A DNA stretch of 64,000 nt. Source: a virus. The notes under the pieces were generated by a model. It saw only the letters and a program-made list of their open reading frames with translations, was not told the origin of the DNA and did no database searches. The position numbers and the translations under genes were made by a program. Within the stretch, counting starts at the first letter, position 1, and each line of letters begins with the position of its first letter. The stretch is from the IMG/VR virus record IMGVR_UViG_3300045988_126785, positions 1 through 64,000 of that record. One strand, 5' to 3'. Below, in pieces: positions 1 through 7,982 of this stretch.

Positions 1-362
1 ACGATATCCCATTCAATGAATGTACAAAACAATTCCACGCGAATTGCCTTTACTCGGTATTCGCTTATGGTTTTTCGACTTGTAACCTCATACACCGTAT
101 CTCCCGCCTTGCACGGCGGCATTACCAGCCGCCCGTCTCTGTCGGCCTCGGCCAGATCGCGGATGCGATTGAGCAATGCAAGCTGCTCCGTCAGCGTTTT
201 CGATTCTTCCAGCGCGTAATCAAACAGTTTTCCCAACGCGGTTACTTCTTCCGGCGTCCGCCCCGTCTCTTCGTAGGCGGCAAGGCGGTTTGCCGCCTCA
301 CCGCTTCCGCAATGATAAGACCAACACCCGTATTCTTCGTTCCAATAAGTCAATCGCTCCAT
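1..362 (-). CDS. phage hypothetical protein; starts at 362 and runs off the window edge
   Basis: GGAGGT RBS lies 7 nt before the ATG at 360-362. My translation is MERLTYWNEEYGCWSY...TPEEV...LAEADRDGRLV. It is a paralog of the 56368-56877 product. Confidence 0.6.
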   Translation of the reverse strand, partial: MERLTYWNEEYGCWSYHCGSGEAANRLAAYEETGRTPEEVTALGKLFDYALEESKTLTEQLALLNRIRDLAEADRDGRLVMPPCKAGDTVYEVTSRKTISEYRVKAIRVELFCTFIEWDI

Positions 363-419
363 CTGATTACCTCCAAACCATATCGCATTTGTGGACTGCG
401 CAAACTGTCATTCCCATTT

Positions 420-812
420 TTATCTCCCAATCTTCTCCAAAAACTCATCGATCCGGCCCTGATCTGCCACAACAACCTCTTTCCCAATCTTCTCGGCGTA
501 GGCTCGCTCCAACCGTGCCCCGGAACTCTCACGCCAGTCCGGTAGCAGAACCACACAGTCCGCACAGTCGATCATGGCAAAGCAGATGCGCATATAATCG
601 CCCTGCTCCATGCCTTCGGGCAGGTGGGCCGGGTTCAGGACGCAATGTCCCATGGCAGTGAGGGCTTGCTCTGCCTTGGCAAATTTCTCCCGATAGTTCT
701 TGTCACCGGTGATCTTCCCGGCAATATACACACGCAGGTGTGCCCCAACCTGAACGTCAAACGTCCGCTTTGCGGGCCGCTGCTTGCTTACAACTCTGAT
801 GTATTCAACCAT
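420..812 (-). CDS. DUF4406 / nucleoside 2-deoxyribosyltransferase-like protein (130 aa)
   Basis: This is the internal start MVEYIRV of track ORF 420..1208. It overlaps the upstream stop by 8 nt (ATGGTTGA). The YIAGKITGD...NP motif pattern fits this family. Confidence 0.55.
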   Translation of the reverse strand: MVEYIRVVSKQRPAKRTFDVQVGAHLRVYIAGKITGDKNYREKFAKAEQALTAMGHCVLNPAHLPEGMEQGDYMRICFAMIDCADCVVLLPDWRESSGARLERAYAEKIGKEVVVADQGRIDEFLEKIGR

Positions 813-1215
813 TCTTACTCTCCTTTGCATCCCGCATACGCAGTTCATTGACGGCCTCAACAAGCTCGTTGATTTTCTTGCCCACAGCACCAATGTCAAT
901 ACTGCGCCACTCTGAATCATTCCCAGTGGTAGTTGTTTTGTAGATAGGAAAAGATTTGATGTATTCTTCGGCCAAAGGCTCAATCTTGCCTTCATCCTTC
1001 TTAGTAAAATCATACTGGCCGATGCGTTTGTACCCCGGAAATCCTCTCTCATACTCATAAACCGTAATGCAATCACTATTGCCGTCCGTATACAGGACGA
1101 AAGGTTCGTAGAAACCGCGCGCCTTGCACTGCTCACATTGGCAGATGGACTGAATATAACCGACCCGGCCAGCAGCATCTTCAACGTAGTCCCCGACACG
1201 AAAATCATACTTCAT
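805..1215 (-). CDS. hypothetical phage protein (136 aa)
   Basis: Track ORF with non-repetitive composition, coupled to the downstream gene. Confidence 0.6.
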   Translation of the reverse strand: MKYDFRVGDYVEDAAGRVGYIQSICQCEQCKARGFYEPFVLYTDGNSDCITVYEYERGFPGYKRIGQYDFTKKDEGKIEPLAEEYIKSFPIYKTTTTGNDSEWRSIDIGAVGKKINELVEAVNELRMRDAKESKNG

Positions 1216-1234
1216 AAAAAATTCCCCTCTTAAT

Positions 1235-1399
1235 TCAAAAAATCATCTGGCACAAAGAAAACCCACACTGGAACGCCGCGCCGGTCAGCAGCAGCATCAG
1301 GAACGCCAGCGCGCCCTTGTCCCATTCTTTGCAGATGCCGTAACAAGCCCACCCGCAAAGGCAGAGCGGAATAAATAGCAGAATCGCCAGCTTAGCCAT
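1235..1399 (-). CDS. small membrane protein (54 aa, two hydrophobic segments)
   Basis: Hand translation gives MAKLAILLFIPLCLCGW...FSLCQMIF. The start overlaps the upstream stop (ATGGCTAA). It is below the track size cutoff. Confidence 0.45.
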   Translation of the reverse strand: MAKLAILLFIPLCLCGWACYGICKEWDKGALAFLMLLLTGAAFQCGFSLCQMIF

Positions 1400-1988
1400 T
1401 TTTATTTCCTACTCCCATCTCCGGCCGCGTCAGCGGACGGTATACCGTCTGAATATCATTCTTCCATGGCGTCAGCCAGACGCACCACATCACGTCCATC
1501 AGCGGACTTCCCTTCTCTCCGGGCATCCGCTTCTTGAAAAAGAAATCCGGGCGCCACGTCAGCGGCAGAATGTAGCTGGGCGGGATCTCGTCAAACAGCT
1601 TCCGCCGGCACGTTGCGTTCCAATACTGCGACTTGAGAAGGAACGCAAAAGGCTTGCCCAGCTCCGCTGCTCTGCGGATAAATGCCTCTGCCAGCGAGAA
1701 AGGCGGGTTTGTGATGATCCAATCCGCCGCGTCAATGCTGGACTTCAAGAAGTCCGTTCCATCCAGAATGTCCGTTGTATAGACGGTTTCAAAGTAAGTT
1801 TGAATCACACCGTCCATATCGCCCTCTCCCGTTGCCGGTTCCCACACGGACGTTGTGCGCGGAAGATTCAAAAAGCGCATAAGCGCCACCGTCACATCCG
1901 GCGGGGTGGGATAGAAGTCTGACTGACTCCGCCCATACGCACTGTTCCCGCCAGCTATCCTGCTTGCATTTAAGCTATCCATATTCAA
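1392..1988 (-). CDS. N6-adenine DNA methyltransferase (small, gamma-like)
   Basis: Contains EPATGEG (motif I-like) and ITNPPF (NPPF catalytic motif). Coupled by ATGA to the upstream methyltransferase. Confidence 0.7.
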   Translation of the reverse strand: MNMDSLNASRIAGGNSAYGRSQSDFYPTPPDVTVALMRFLNLPRTTSVWEPATGEGDMDGVIQTYFETVYTTDILDGTDFLKSSIDAADWIITNPPFSLAEAFIRRAAELGKPFAFLLKSQYWNATCRRKLFDEIPPSYILPLTWRPDFFFKKRMPGEKGSPLMDVMWCVWLTPWKNDIQTVYRPLTRPEMGVGNKNG

Positions 1989-2686
1989 CCTCCCGTAAAC
2001 AAACTGATCTGCGCCGTGTGTTCCGCAAAGCGCTTTTCCTGCGCTTGAAAATAGTGAGGGTCGATCTCACACCCAACAAAATCAAAGCCAAGATCATAGG
2101 CGGCTATGCGGCTGCTTCCGCTGCCTAAGTGGGTGTCCAGTATCTTGTCCCCCGACTTTGCGTACTTCTGCAAAATCCATGTGTATAACGCCACCGGTTT
2201 CTGCGTCGGGTGAATGCGCTTCTCGTTCAGCGACTTATTACCTTGCTGGACTGTCCCCTCTGCAATACTCTTTCCTTGCATCATGCCGCGCCACATGAAC
2301 CTGAATATATCAGTCCGAAGGTTCAAAGAGTTGAATGCGATCTCAGCCCCAGACTGATCGGCCCCGTCATTGCACTTGTCCCACACGATTGCTCCGCCGC
2401 GAGGAAGAACAAAATAGTTTGCTCCCCAGATGATCTGATTCTTGCTGACCCGGAAAAGCTCCGCAAAGTACCGCTCATCCGCAGGGAAACGGTCAAAGCC
2501 GGTCTTTTCGTAGCCGCCATCCTTGACGTAAATCCGTGCTCCATTCTTCTGCGTTACATAGCGGCTCCGGTCCTTACCGCCATCTTCTCCGATTCCATAA
2601 GGAGGGTCTACCACAGCCAGATCAAACGCCTTGTCCTGCAGCGTCCGCATATACTCCATGCAGTCCATGTTATAGGCTACGTTCAA
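1985..2686 (-). CDS. N4/N6 DNA methyltransferase (beta class, DPPY)
   Basis: Contains VVDPPYG and HPTQKP, followed by DTHLGSGSS. Confidence 0.85.
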   Translation of the reverse strand: MNVAYNMDCMEYMRTLQDKAFDLAVVDPPYGIGEDGGKDRSRYVTQKNGARIYVKDGGYEKTGFDRFPADERYFAELFRVSKNQIIWGANYFVLPRGGAIVWDKCNDGADQSGAEIAFNSLNLRTDIFRFMWRGMMQGKSIAEGTVQQGNKSLNEKRIHPTQKPVALYTWILQKYAKSGDKILDTHLGSGSSRIAAYDLGFDFVGCEIDPHYFQAQEKRFAEHTAQISLFTGG

Positions 2687-2976
2687 TCCTTTTTCCCTCC
2701 CTTGATAACAGTAAACGCCCCTCGGCGCTTGACCGCCGCACGAGCCTCCTTCTGCTTCACCTGTTCCAGATACTCTTTATACTTCGCCGGTAGGCGAAAT
2801 TTTTCACACGATTTTCGCCATTGGCTCCGCTTCGTATAGTCCCCATCGAACCACTTGCACTCATCACAGCAATAGCAGACGTCCTCCACGTCCTTGATCT
2901 CCCCCGGCGTGAAGTATGCGCTGAATAACTCGCAGTTATAGAGGCAGTTGTTGCAGACACACCCATAACAGCTCAT
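2683..2976 (-). CDS. Cys-rich hypothetical protein (97 aa)
   Basis: Track ORF with many CxxC pairs and an ATGA overlap. Confidence 0.55.
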   Translation of the reverse strand: MSCYGCVCNNCLYNCELFSAYFTPGEIKDVEDVCYCCDECKWFDGDYTKRSQWRKSCEKFRLPAKYKEYLEQVKQKEARAAVKRRGAFTVIKGGKKD

Positions 2977-3188
2977 TTCGAATCTCCGTCAGCCGGAACG
3001 TTCTTATCCGCAAAATAAAGATGTCCTCCGCCAATTTCTCTGATAAGCGTATCAACCTGCCAGTGCATAAAGACTTGCTTATGAACCGTCCTCCCGTGCC
3101 AGAAAAAATACTGCGTCACCGGTGAATGCAGAAAGTCCTCAATGCTCTTGACCCGCGCCCCCTGCCTGTATTTCCGCTTATATGCCAT
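2973..3188 (-). CDS. hypothetical protein (71 aa)
   Basis: Internal start MAYKRK, preceded by a GGGGGTG RBS. Confidence 0.5.
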   Translation of the reverse strand: MAYKRKYRQGARVKSIEDFLHSPVTQYFFWHGRTVHKQVFMHWQVDTLIREIGGGHLYFADKNVPADGDSK

Positions 3189-3230
3189 ACATACACCCCC
3201 TGTTTTTGGCACAATATCTCTCGTCTCAGT

Positions 3231-3620
3231 CTAAGACCCTTTCTCCCGCTGCTTGCGCCCCTTCTTTAGAGATGCTGCCGTGCGGCTTTTCGGAAAGGTC
3301 AGGTATCGGGGGTTCGCGTAGCGGAGGACATGGTACAGTCTATCCAGCCCACAATTGATCGTCCTGCTGACTGTTGCCTTGGCTACCCCCAACTCTTGAC
3401 CGATATCCTTCATGCTCATGCCATAGACAAAAAACATCTCCATATACTTCCTCTGTGTATCCGTCAGTTCTTCGTCCATCGCCACCCGCAAAGCGTTTAG
3501 CGTATGGGCATGGAAATCCGCTTCTTCAGCAAACTCCCCTTGCAGCCACGCCGCATACTGGCTCTTGTCTCCCCAAAACTCAAACAATGACACACAGCGC
3601 TCAGAACTCCCGCTTTGCAT
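3231..3620 (-). CDS. sigma-70 region-4-like HTH regulator (RinA/ArpU/ECF-like)
   Basis: The segment LTDTQRKYMEMFFVYGMSMKDIGQELGVAKATVSRTI fits a region-4 HTH pattern. It has a GGAGGTG RBS and is the first gene of its leftward block. Confidence 0.55.
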   Translation of the reverse strand: MQSGSSERCVSLFEFWGDKSQYAAWLQGEFAEEADFHAHTLNALRVAMDEELTDTQRKYMEMFFVYGMSMKDIGQELGVAKATVSRTINCGLDRLYHVLRYANPRYLTFPKSRTAASLKKGRKQREKGS

Positions 3621-3998
3621 TCACGCTCACCTCCATTGCCATGGCTTCACAAAAGTTCTCCTATCTTTAGCATAGCAACCCCCTCCAATAGGGTTTTTGC
3701 ACACCCGCTTCACCTACCGCCTACCAGCACGTCACCTACCGACCGCCTGCGCCCCGCCCGCGCCGCGCAACCTAAGTACGTATTCCCCTACATAAGCGAA
3801 GCGTTTTTATAAAATTTTTTTTGGACCCCTTTTTGACTTTTCCGTTTTTTGCCCCCGGTTTTCTAAACTACCCCCCCTTTATCGGAGGAAAAAGAACACG
3901 GGTGTGAGAACATGGGTGGAGGGGGAAGAGTTGTGGAGAGATTCTGCGCCGATTCGGTGGCCAGGTCTGTAAACCACCCCCCACCCAGCCGGGGCCGT

Positions 3999-4033
3999 GG
4001 TCAGCTGGTCAGCTGGTCAGCTGGTCAGCTGGT
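3999..4033. repeat. tandem repeat GGTCAGCT, 4.4 copies
   Basis: Read directly from the sequence. It lies inside the 1-kb non-coding region. Confidence 0.95.
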
Positions 4034-4101
4034 GCCATTGGAGCGGAGGCGGGGCCGCTGGGCGGGTCTCGGAGAGGGTAAAAACCTGTTGCAAATGCCT
4101 A

Positions 4102-4148
4102 AACTGTTGCCATAATAAGCAATTAGGGCAACAGTTACCGTCTTTTTT
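4102..4148 (+). terminator. 10-bp perfect hairpin followed by a T-run (terminator-like)
   Basis: AACTGTTGCC, a 15-nt loop, GGCAACAGTT, then ACCGTCTTTTTT. No gene lies upstream of it. Confidence 0.35.
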
Positions 4149-4675
4149 GGTGGTAAATGCAACAACAGCCCATGCCGCCCTTGTGCAACCTGACGAAAGA
4201 CGGCGGGAGCCGGGGCCGCGGTCGGTTCTCTGGCCCTCGGTGCCGGTGGTGGTGGCCGTCCTCCGATGGTCGGCGGCTGGTCCGCTGACGGTGCCCGGTC
4301 TGGCATGGTCGGCGGTGGCCGTGGTGGCCGATCTGATGCAATCAGCCGGAACAGGCCCCCGGCGGTGACTCCTCCACCCCTCCCCCCTTTTCCACTTTCC
4401 TATGCTTCCGGGCCTGTGGGAGTGTTCCGCACTTTTCTTCATCCGGGTAAAGCGTCTGGGGGTTCTATGGGGTACGTTTTAGGGTACTATAATAGACCGC
4501 GCCCGCAAGAAACGCGCCCGCGCGCATAGGGGTTAAAAATAGCCGCCTGGGGCGGCGTAGGATGCAAGCGGCTGCGCGGCGTGGGTCTGTGGTGCGGTGC
4601 TGGGCGGTATTGCTCAGAGGGCATGAGAAAAGCCCGCCGGGGCGGTTCCCGGTGGGCTGGTGGTGGTTGGGTGTA

Positions 4676-5038
4676 TTAGATCAAAAACAGTTCGCCGTTG
4701 ATCTCAAGGCTGACGGCCTCTTGTTTCATCTCGCGTTTGATCTTCCGGCAAATAGCGACGATCTCGGCGCCGTGGCGCTCGATGTCCTCGGCTGCGGCGT
4801 TGCTGTAAACGATGGTGACGGCCTCGCCCACGAGTCCGGCCGACTGGCTCACCCAGTAGCCGCGGGCCTCGGTGGCGGTGGCTCCGCCAAACATGGCGGA
4901 CAGTTTCGCGGCGACTTCCTCCACCTGCTGCCGGTTGTCGGTGGGGTGGTCGGTGTCGGTGGTGCTGGGCACGTAGATAGCAACGCGGGAGTCCAGGCGG
5001 ACAACGCCGGGGATCGTGTCAAAAAAACTCTTTTTCAT
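4676..5038 (-). CDS. hypothetical protein (120 aa)
   Basis: Track ORF with a GGAGGAAC RBS and globular composition. Confidence 0.6.
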   Translation of the reverse strand: MKKSFFDTIPGVVRLDSRVAIYVPSTTDTDHPTDNRQQVEEVAAKLSAMFGGATATEARGYWVSQSAGLVGEAVTIVYSNAAAEDIERHGAEIVAICRKIKREMKQEAVSLEINGELFLI

Positions 5039-5057
5039 TTCGTGTTCCTCCTCTTCC

Positions 5058-5234
5058 TTATGCGGTCGCCCGTGTGCGGCGGTTGATCTCTGCGAGTGCT
5101 TCCCTTACTGCGGTTTCATCTTCGGCGTATGCCGTGCCGGAGATCGTCCCGCAGGCCCTCCGGTATGCTGCCCGGTCATCAGCCCAGGCGATCAGCTCGC
5201 GGAGCTTGTCCATGCTCATTTTGCTGCAATCCAT
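5058..5234 (-). CDS. small hypothetical protein (58 aa)
   Basis: Hand translation gives MDCSKMSMDKLRELIAWADD...RRTRATA. It sits directly upstream of 4676-5038 on the same strand. Confidence 0.4.
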   Translation of the reverse strand: MDCSKMSMDKLRELIAWADDRAAYRRACGTISGTAYAEDETAVREALAEINRRTRATA

Positions 5235-5321
5235 TTTGTGATCCTTTCCGGGGCGGTGCCCCTCTGACCTGTCGGCCTCCGTGGTGTTGTCCTGTTCTTT
5301 TTATGATTCTATTATATATAA

Positions 5322-5401
5322 TTCTGTAATTATATCAAGGTTCAAAATAACCAATATTTCTGTAATTATATTGTTGAAATTGTATATTTACAGAATTATA
5401 T
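5322..5401. promoter_or_regulatory. AT-rich divergent control region with a 14-bp operator-like repeat in 3 copies
   Basis: TTCTGTAATTATAT occurs at 5322-5335 and 5358-5371. Its inverted copy lies at 5388-5401. Confidence 0.5.
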
Positions 5402-5439
5402 ATAAGCGATAAAATATTAGCATAAAGGAGGCGGAGAAA

Positions 5440-5694
5440 ATGGGCGGGTTTACAGTAATAATCAAGAAACAGCCGCAGAAATATTTAGACAAGCTCCCGG
5501 AGCCTGAACGGGGCCGGGTAGCGGCGGCGGTGGCCGGATTATCAACCCTTTCCGGCGATATTGTCCCCTTGCGGGGTGCTGGCTCTCACATGTACCGGTT
5601 GAAAATCTATCATTACCGGGCAATTTTTCAGATCGACACGGACAAAGAAACCGTTACTGTAAAAGAGATCAATACACGCGGAGACATATACTAA
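5440..5694 (+). CDS. RelE/ParE-family type II toxin
   Basis: Contains LPEPERGRV...MYRLKIYHYRAIFQID...VTVKEINTRGDIY and has an AGGAGG RBS. Confidence 0.8.
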   Translation: MGGFTVIIKKQPQKYLDKLPEPERGRVAAAVAGLSTLSGDIVPLRGAGSHMYRLKIYHYRAIFQIDTDKETVTVKEINTRGDIY

Positions 5695-5773
5695 AGCAGA
5701 ACCAGAAGCCGAATAAAGGAGCAGAAAAAGCAGCATAAACAATCGTATTGAGGCATTGAAAGGAGCATATAAC

Positions 5774-6115
5774 ATGAACGAAGCATTACGCGCACGACTG
5801 GCAGAAATTGACGCCCAGCCCGCCGAAAATCTCACCCGGGGAGATGCGGCCAGCCTTGCCGCTGCGGAAGCTATGGACGACGGAACCGCCGAAAACATCA
5901 ACGATTATATAGCCCGGAAAACCAAAACCACAAAGGCCCAGCAAGCCGCCGTTCGCAAGTATGTAAAAAAGACTTATGACAGAATGGATCTTGTTTTACC
6001 GAAAGGGCAAAAAGCCGTTATAAAGACTTGCGCCGCCTCCCTGGGAGAAACGGCAAACTCTTTTGTAAATCGTGCTATTTCGGATGCACTCGCAAAATAT
6101 CAAGCCAACGCCTGA
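5774..6115 (+). CDS. ribbon-helix-helix (Arc/CopG-like) protein, candidate antitoxin
   Basis: The C-terminal LVLPKGQKAVIKTCAASLGETANSFVNRAISDAL fits a beta-helix-helix pattern. GAAAGGAG RBS. Confidence 0.55.
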   Translation: MNEALRARLAEIDAQPAENLTRGDAASLAAAEAMDDGTAENINDYIARKTKTTKAQQAAVRKYVKKTYDRMDLVLPKGQKAVIKTCAASLGETANSFVNRAISDALAKYQANA

Positions 6116-6116
6116 C

Positions 6117-6142
6117 CCCCAAAACGCAGAACAGCGACCCGG
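6117..6142 (+). repeat. 26-nt post-gene repeat, copy 1 (CCCCAAAACGCAGAACAGCGACCCGG)
   Basis: Identical to 6399-6424. Each copy directly follows an RHH gene stop codon and runs into a CCCGG/CCGGG hairpin. Confidence 0.9.
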
Positions 6143-6185
6143 AAAAACTCCGGGCCGCTCCACCCTATGAAAGCGAGGTAAACCC

Positions 6186-6398
6186 ATGCCCAGACCCAGA
6201 ACCAGCACCACCAGAACAGACGCCCAAAGACGGGCGGAAAACAAGTATAAAAACAAGGCGCAAATTGTGCTTGCCTGCCGGATGGACCGCCAGACGGGGG
6301 AACGCTATAAGGCCCTTTGCGCCGAACGCGGCACCACGCCCAACGCCGAAATCAAAGCCTTCATTTTGTCCCAGCTGGGCGAACAGCCCGCCGACTAA
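6186..6398 (+). CDS. ribbon-helix-helix protein (paralog-like of 5774-6115)
   Basis: Contains KAQIVLACRMDRQTGERYKALCAERGTTPNAEIKAFILSQL. Confidence 0.55.
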   Translation: MPRPRTSTTRTDAQRRAENKYKNKAQIVLACRMDRQTGERYKALCAERGTTPNAEIKAFILSQLGEQPAD

Positions 6399-6424
6399 CC
6401 CCAAAACGCAGAACAGCGACCCGG
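6399..6424 (+). repeat. 26-nt post-gene repeat, copy 2
   Basis: Identical to 6117-6142. Confidence 0.9.
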
Positions 6425-6449
6425 CTACACCGGGAGAAAGGACGAAAAA

Positions 6450-6695
6450 ATGTTTACAATCAATTACAATAACGGATTCTGGGTCGAGTGCGCCGGCACT
6501 TTGGACGAGGCAAAAGCCATGGCCGACGAGCGCGCCGGCTATACGCAGTGTGATATTACAATCGAGGACGAAAACCACGAGGGAGTCGCCCACCGCAGAT
6601 GGTACGGCGTTCCGTTCGATCCGTCCGAAACGGAAACCACTGAAGATGAAGTAATCCAGTTTGGATCCTTTGGTTTTTATGACAGATGGGAGTAA
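6450..6695 (+). CDS. hypothetical protein (81 aa)
   Basis: Track ORF with a GAGAAAGGA RBS. Confidence 0.55.
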   Translation: MFTINYNNGFWVECAGTLDEAKAMADERAGYTQCDITIEDENHEGVAHRRWYGVPFDPSETETTEDEVIQFGSFGFYDRWE

Positions 6696-6700
6696 CAGAA

Positions 6701-6736
6701 CAGCGGCCCGGAGTTTTCCGGGCCGCTGTTTTTTTT
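6701..6736. terminator. rho-independent terminator between convergent genes
   Basis: CAGCGGCCCGG, loop AGTTTT, CCGGGCCGCTG, then T8. Confidence 0.8.
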
Positions 6737-6746
6737 ATGCCGTTTT

Positions 6747-6962
6747 TCAATCCGTTACACGTTCCCCGCTGGGCAAAATAAACGCACTTTCAAACCCGCA
6801 GCCAACGGCCCCGGCAACGTCCTTCAGATCCGCAGGAGTAAACCCCTCCCGCTTCATTTTTTGTGAAAACGCCTGTGGGCTGCTTCCGCAGCGTCTCGCC
6901 AACTCTGAAACGCTGATCCCCAGCTTTACGCATAAAATTTTGATCTGCTCCGATGTCGGCAA
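6747..6962 (-). CDS. XRE/Cro-CI-type HTH regulator (71 aa)
   Basis: Contains QIKILCVKLGISVSELARRCGSSPQAFSQKMK. Divergent from the rightward operon. Confidence 0.7.
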   Translation of the reverse strand: MPTSEQIKILCVKLGISVSELARRCGSSPQAFSQKMKREGFTPADLKDVAGAVGCGFESAFILPSGERVTD

Positions 6963-6985
6963 AAAATCACCCCTTTTCGCTTTTT

Positions 6986-7014
6986 AATATAAACGTTCTC
7001 GTTTGCATTGTCAA
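6986..7014 (-). promoter_or_regulatory. sigma-70-type promoter for 6747-6962
   Basis: On the minus strand: TTGACA, 17 nt, TATATT. The spacer contains AAACG-N4-CGTTT (6991-7004). Confidence 0.6.
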
Positions 7015-7057
7015 CCACGATTTTTTTAAAATAAACAGTAAAGTTTAAATTTACCTA

Positions 7058-7086
7058 TTGACATTATAAACATTATCGTTTATACT
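7058..7086 (+). promoter_or_regulatory. sigma-70-type promoter for the rightward operon
   Basis: TTGACA, 17 nt, TATACT. An AAACA-N4-CGTTT half-palindrome at 7068-7081 overlaps the spacer and -10. Confidence 0.65.
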
Positions 7087-7131
7087 ATAAACATCAAGAG
7101 AACCAAATTAAACCGACAGGAGGCCGCAATC

Positions 7132-7224
7132 ATGAGTTTTCACCTTTTCATCCTTATTCTGGGCGCTGGCACCTTTGCCCGCCTGATGTTCCGCGTGGTG
7201 GATCTCATCGAGGCCCGCCGCTAA
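7132..7224 (+). CDS. 30-aa hydrophobic peptide
   Basis: Hand translation gives MSFHLFILILGAGTFARLMFRVVDLIEARR. GGAGG RBS. It is the first ORF after the promoter. Confidence 0.35.
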   Translation: MSFHLFILILGAGTFARLMFRVVDLIEARR

Positions 7225-7248
7225 ATCAAAATCAAGGAGGATCACCCC

Positions 7249-7878
7249 ATGTTTAACAGTCTTTACCATGCCGAGATCGGCGGCGGCTACACCCTCCGCC
7301 GGAAAGTCATCATCAACGCCGCGGACCTGCGGCCCCTGGGCGGTCAAATTGATGTTGCCGCCATCATCGAGAACGGCGACGAGCTGAACAGCACCACCGT
7401 TACAACGGAGGCCGCCGCGCTGGCCGCGTTTCATTCCATGGTCCAGCAGTACGCCGAACCCCTGCAAAAAGCTGTGGACGCCGCCGGACTGGTTCCGGGC
7501 CGGAAATATACCCTTGTATATCTCTCCGAGTTCGGTTTCCCCATCGCGGAGAAAATCACCTTTCACGGCTACACCCTCACCACCTACGCCCAGCACGCCG
7601 ACGTTGTGCGCCTGACTTATACCCCATACCGCAAGCGCTCCCTGCGTGGCCGGCTGTTTTGCGGCTCGTCCTCCCTGCTGATCTTCAACGGCTGGCAGGA
7701 TCTGCCGGAAACCGCCACGCACGAAACCCTGAAGGAGGACGAGAAAATCAAGATCACCCGCAGTAAATACGGCTGCTTTTCCGCTTCCTATATCGAGGAC
7801 GCCGCCGCCCTGCTGAAGGACCCGGTTATGATCTTCAAAAGCTACCAGACCGGCGCCAACGGCAAAGTTTACGCCTGA
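7249..7878 (+). CDS. hypothetical protein (209 aa)
   Basis: Track ORF with an AAGGAGG RBS. Its stop lies inside a GCCTGAACAGC copy. Confidence 0.6.
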   Translation: MFNSLYHAEIGGGYTLRRKVIINAADLRPLGGQIDVAAIIENGDELNSTTVTTEAAALAAFHSMVQQYAEPLQKAVDAAGLVPGRKYTLVYLSEFGFPIAEKITFHGYTLTTYAQHADVVRLTYTPYRKRSLRGRLFCGSSSLLIFNGWQDLPETATHETLKEDEKIKITRSKYGCFSASYIEDAAALLKDPVMIFKSYQTGANGKVYA

Positions 7879-7982
7879 ACAGCACCCCCCGGACGCCTTG
7901 GAGCCGCCGCACCGGGTAAAGCGACGGCACCCCAGAAAGCCAAAATCTACACATTCAAAACACATTTCAGGAGGATTTTACC

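Noticed and set aside
3912-4442. Track ORFs in the 1-kb gap (3912..4115, 3997..4368 on plus; 4017..4442 on minus).
   Set aside because: No RBS lies at a usable distance. The products are repeat-driven Gly/Arg/Pro/Trp-rich sequences that overlap each other on both strands. I treated the region as non-coding.
6028-6654. 208-aa plus-strand ORF spanning the RHH genes.
   Set aside because: It is out of frame with three shorter genes that each have an RBS and recognisable folds, and its product is Pro/Arg/Thr-rich low complexity.
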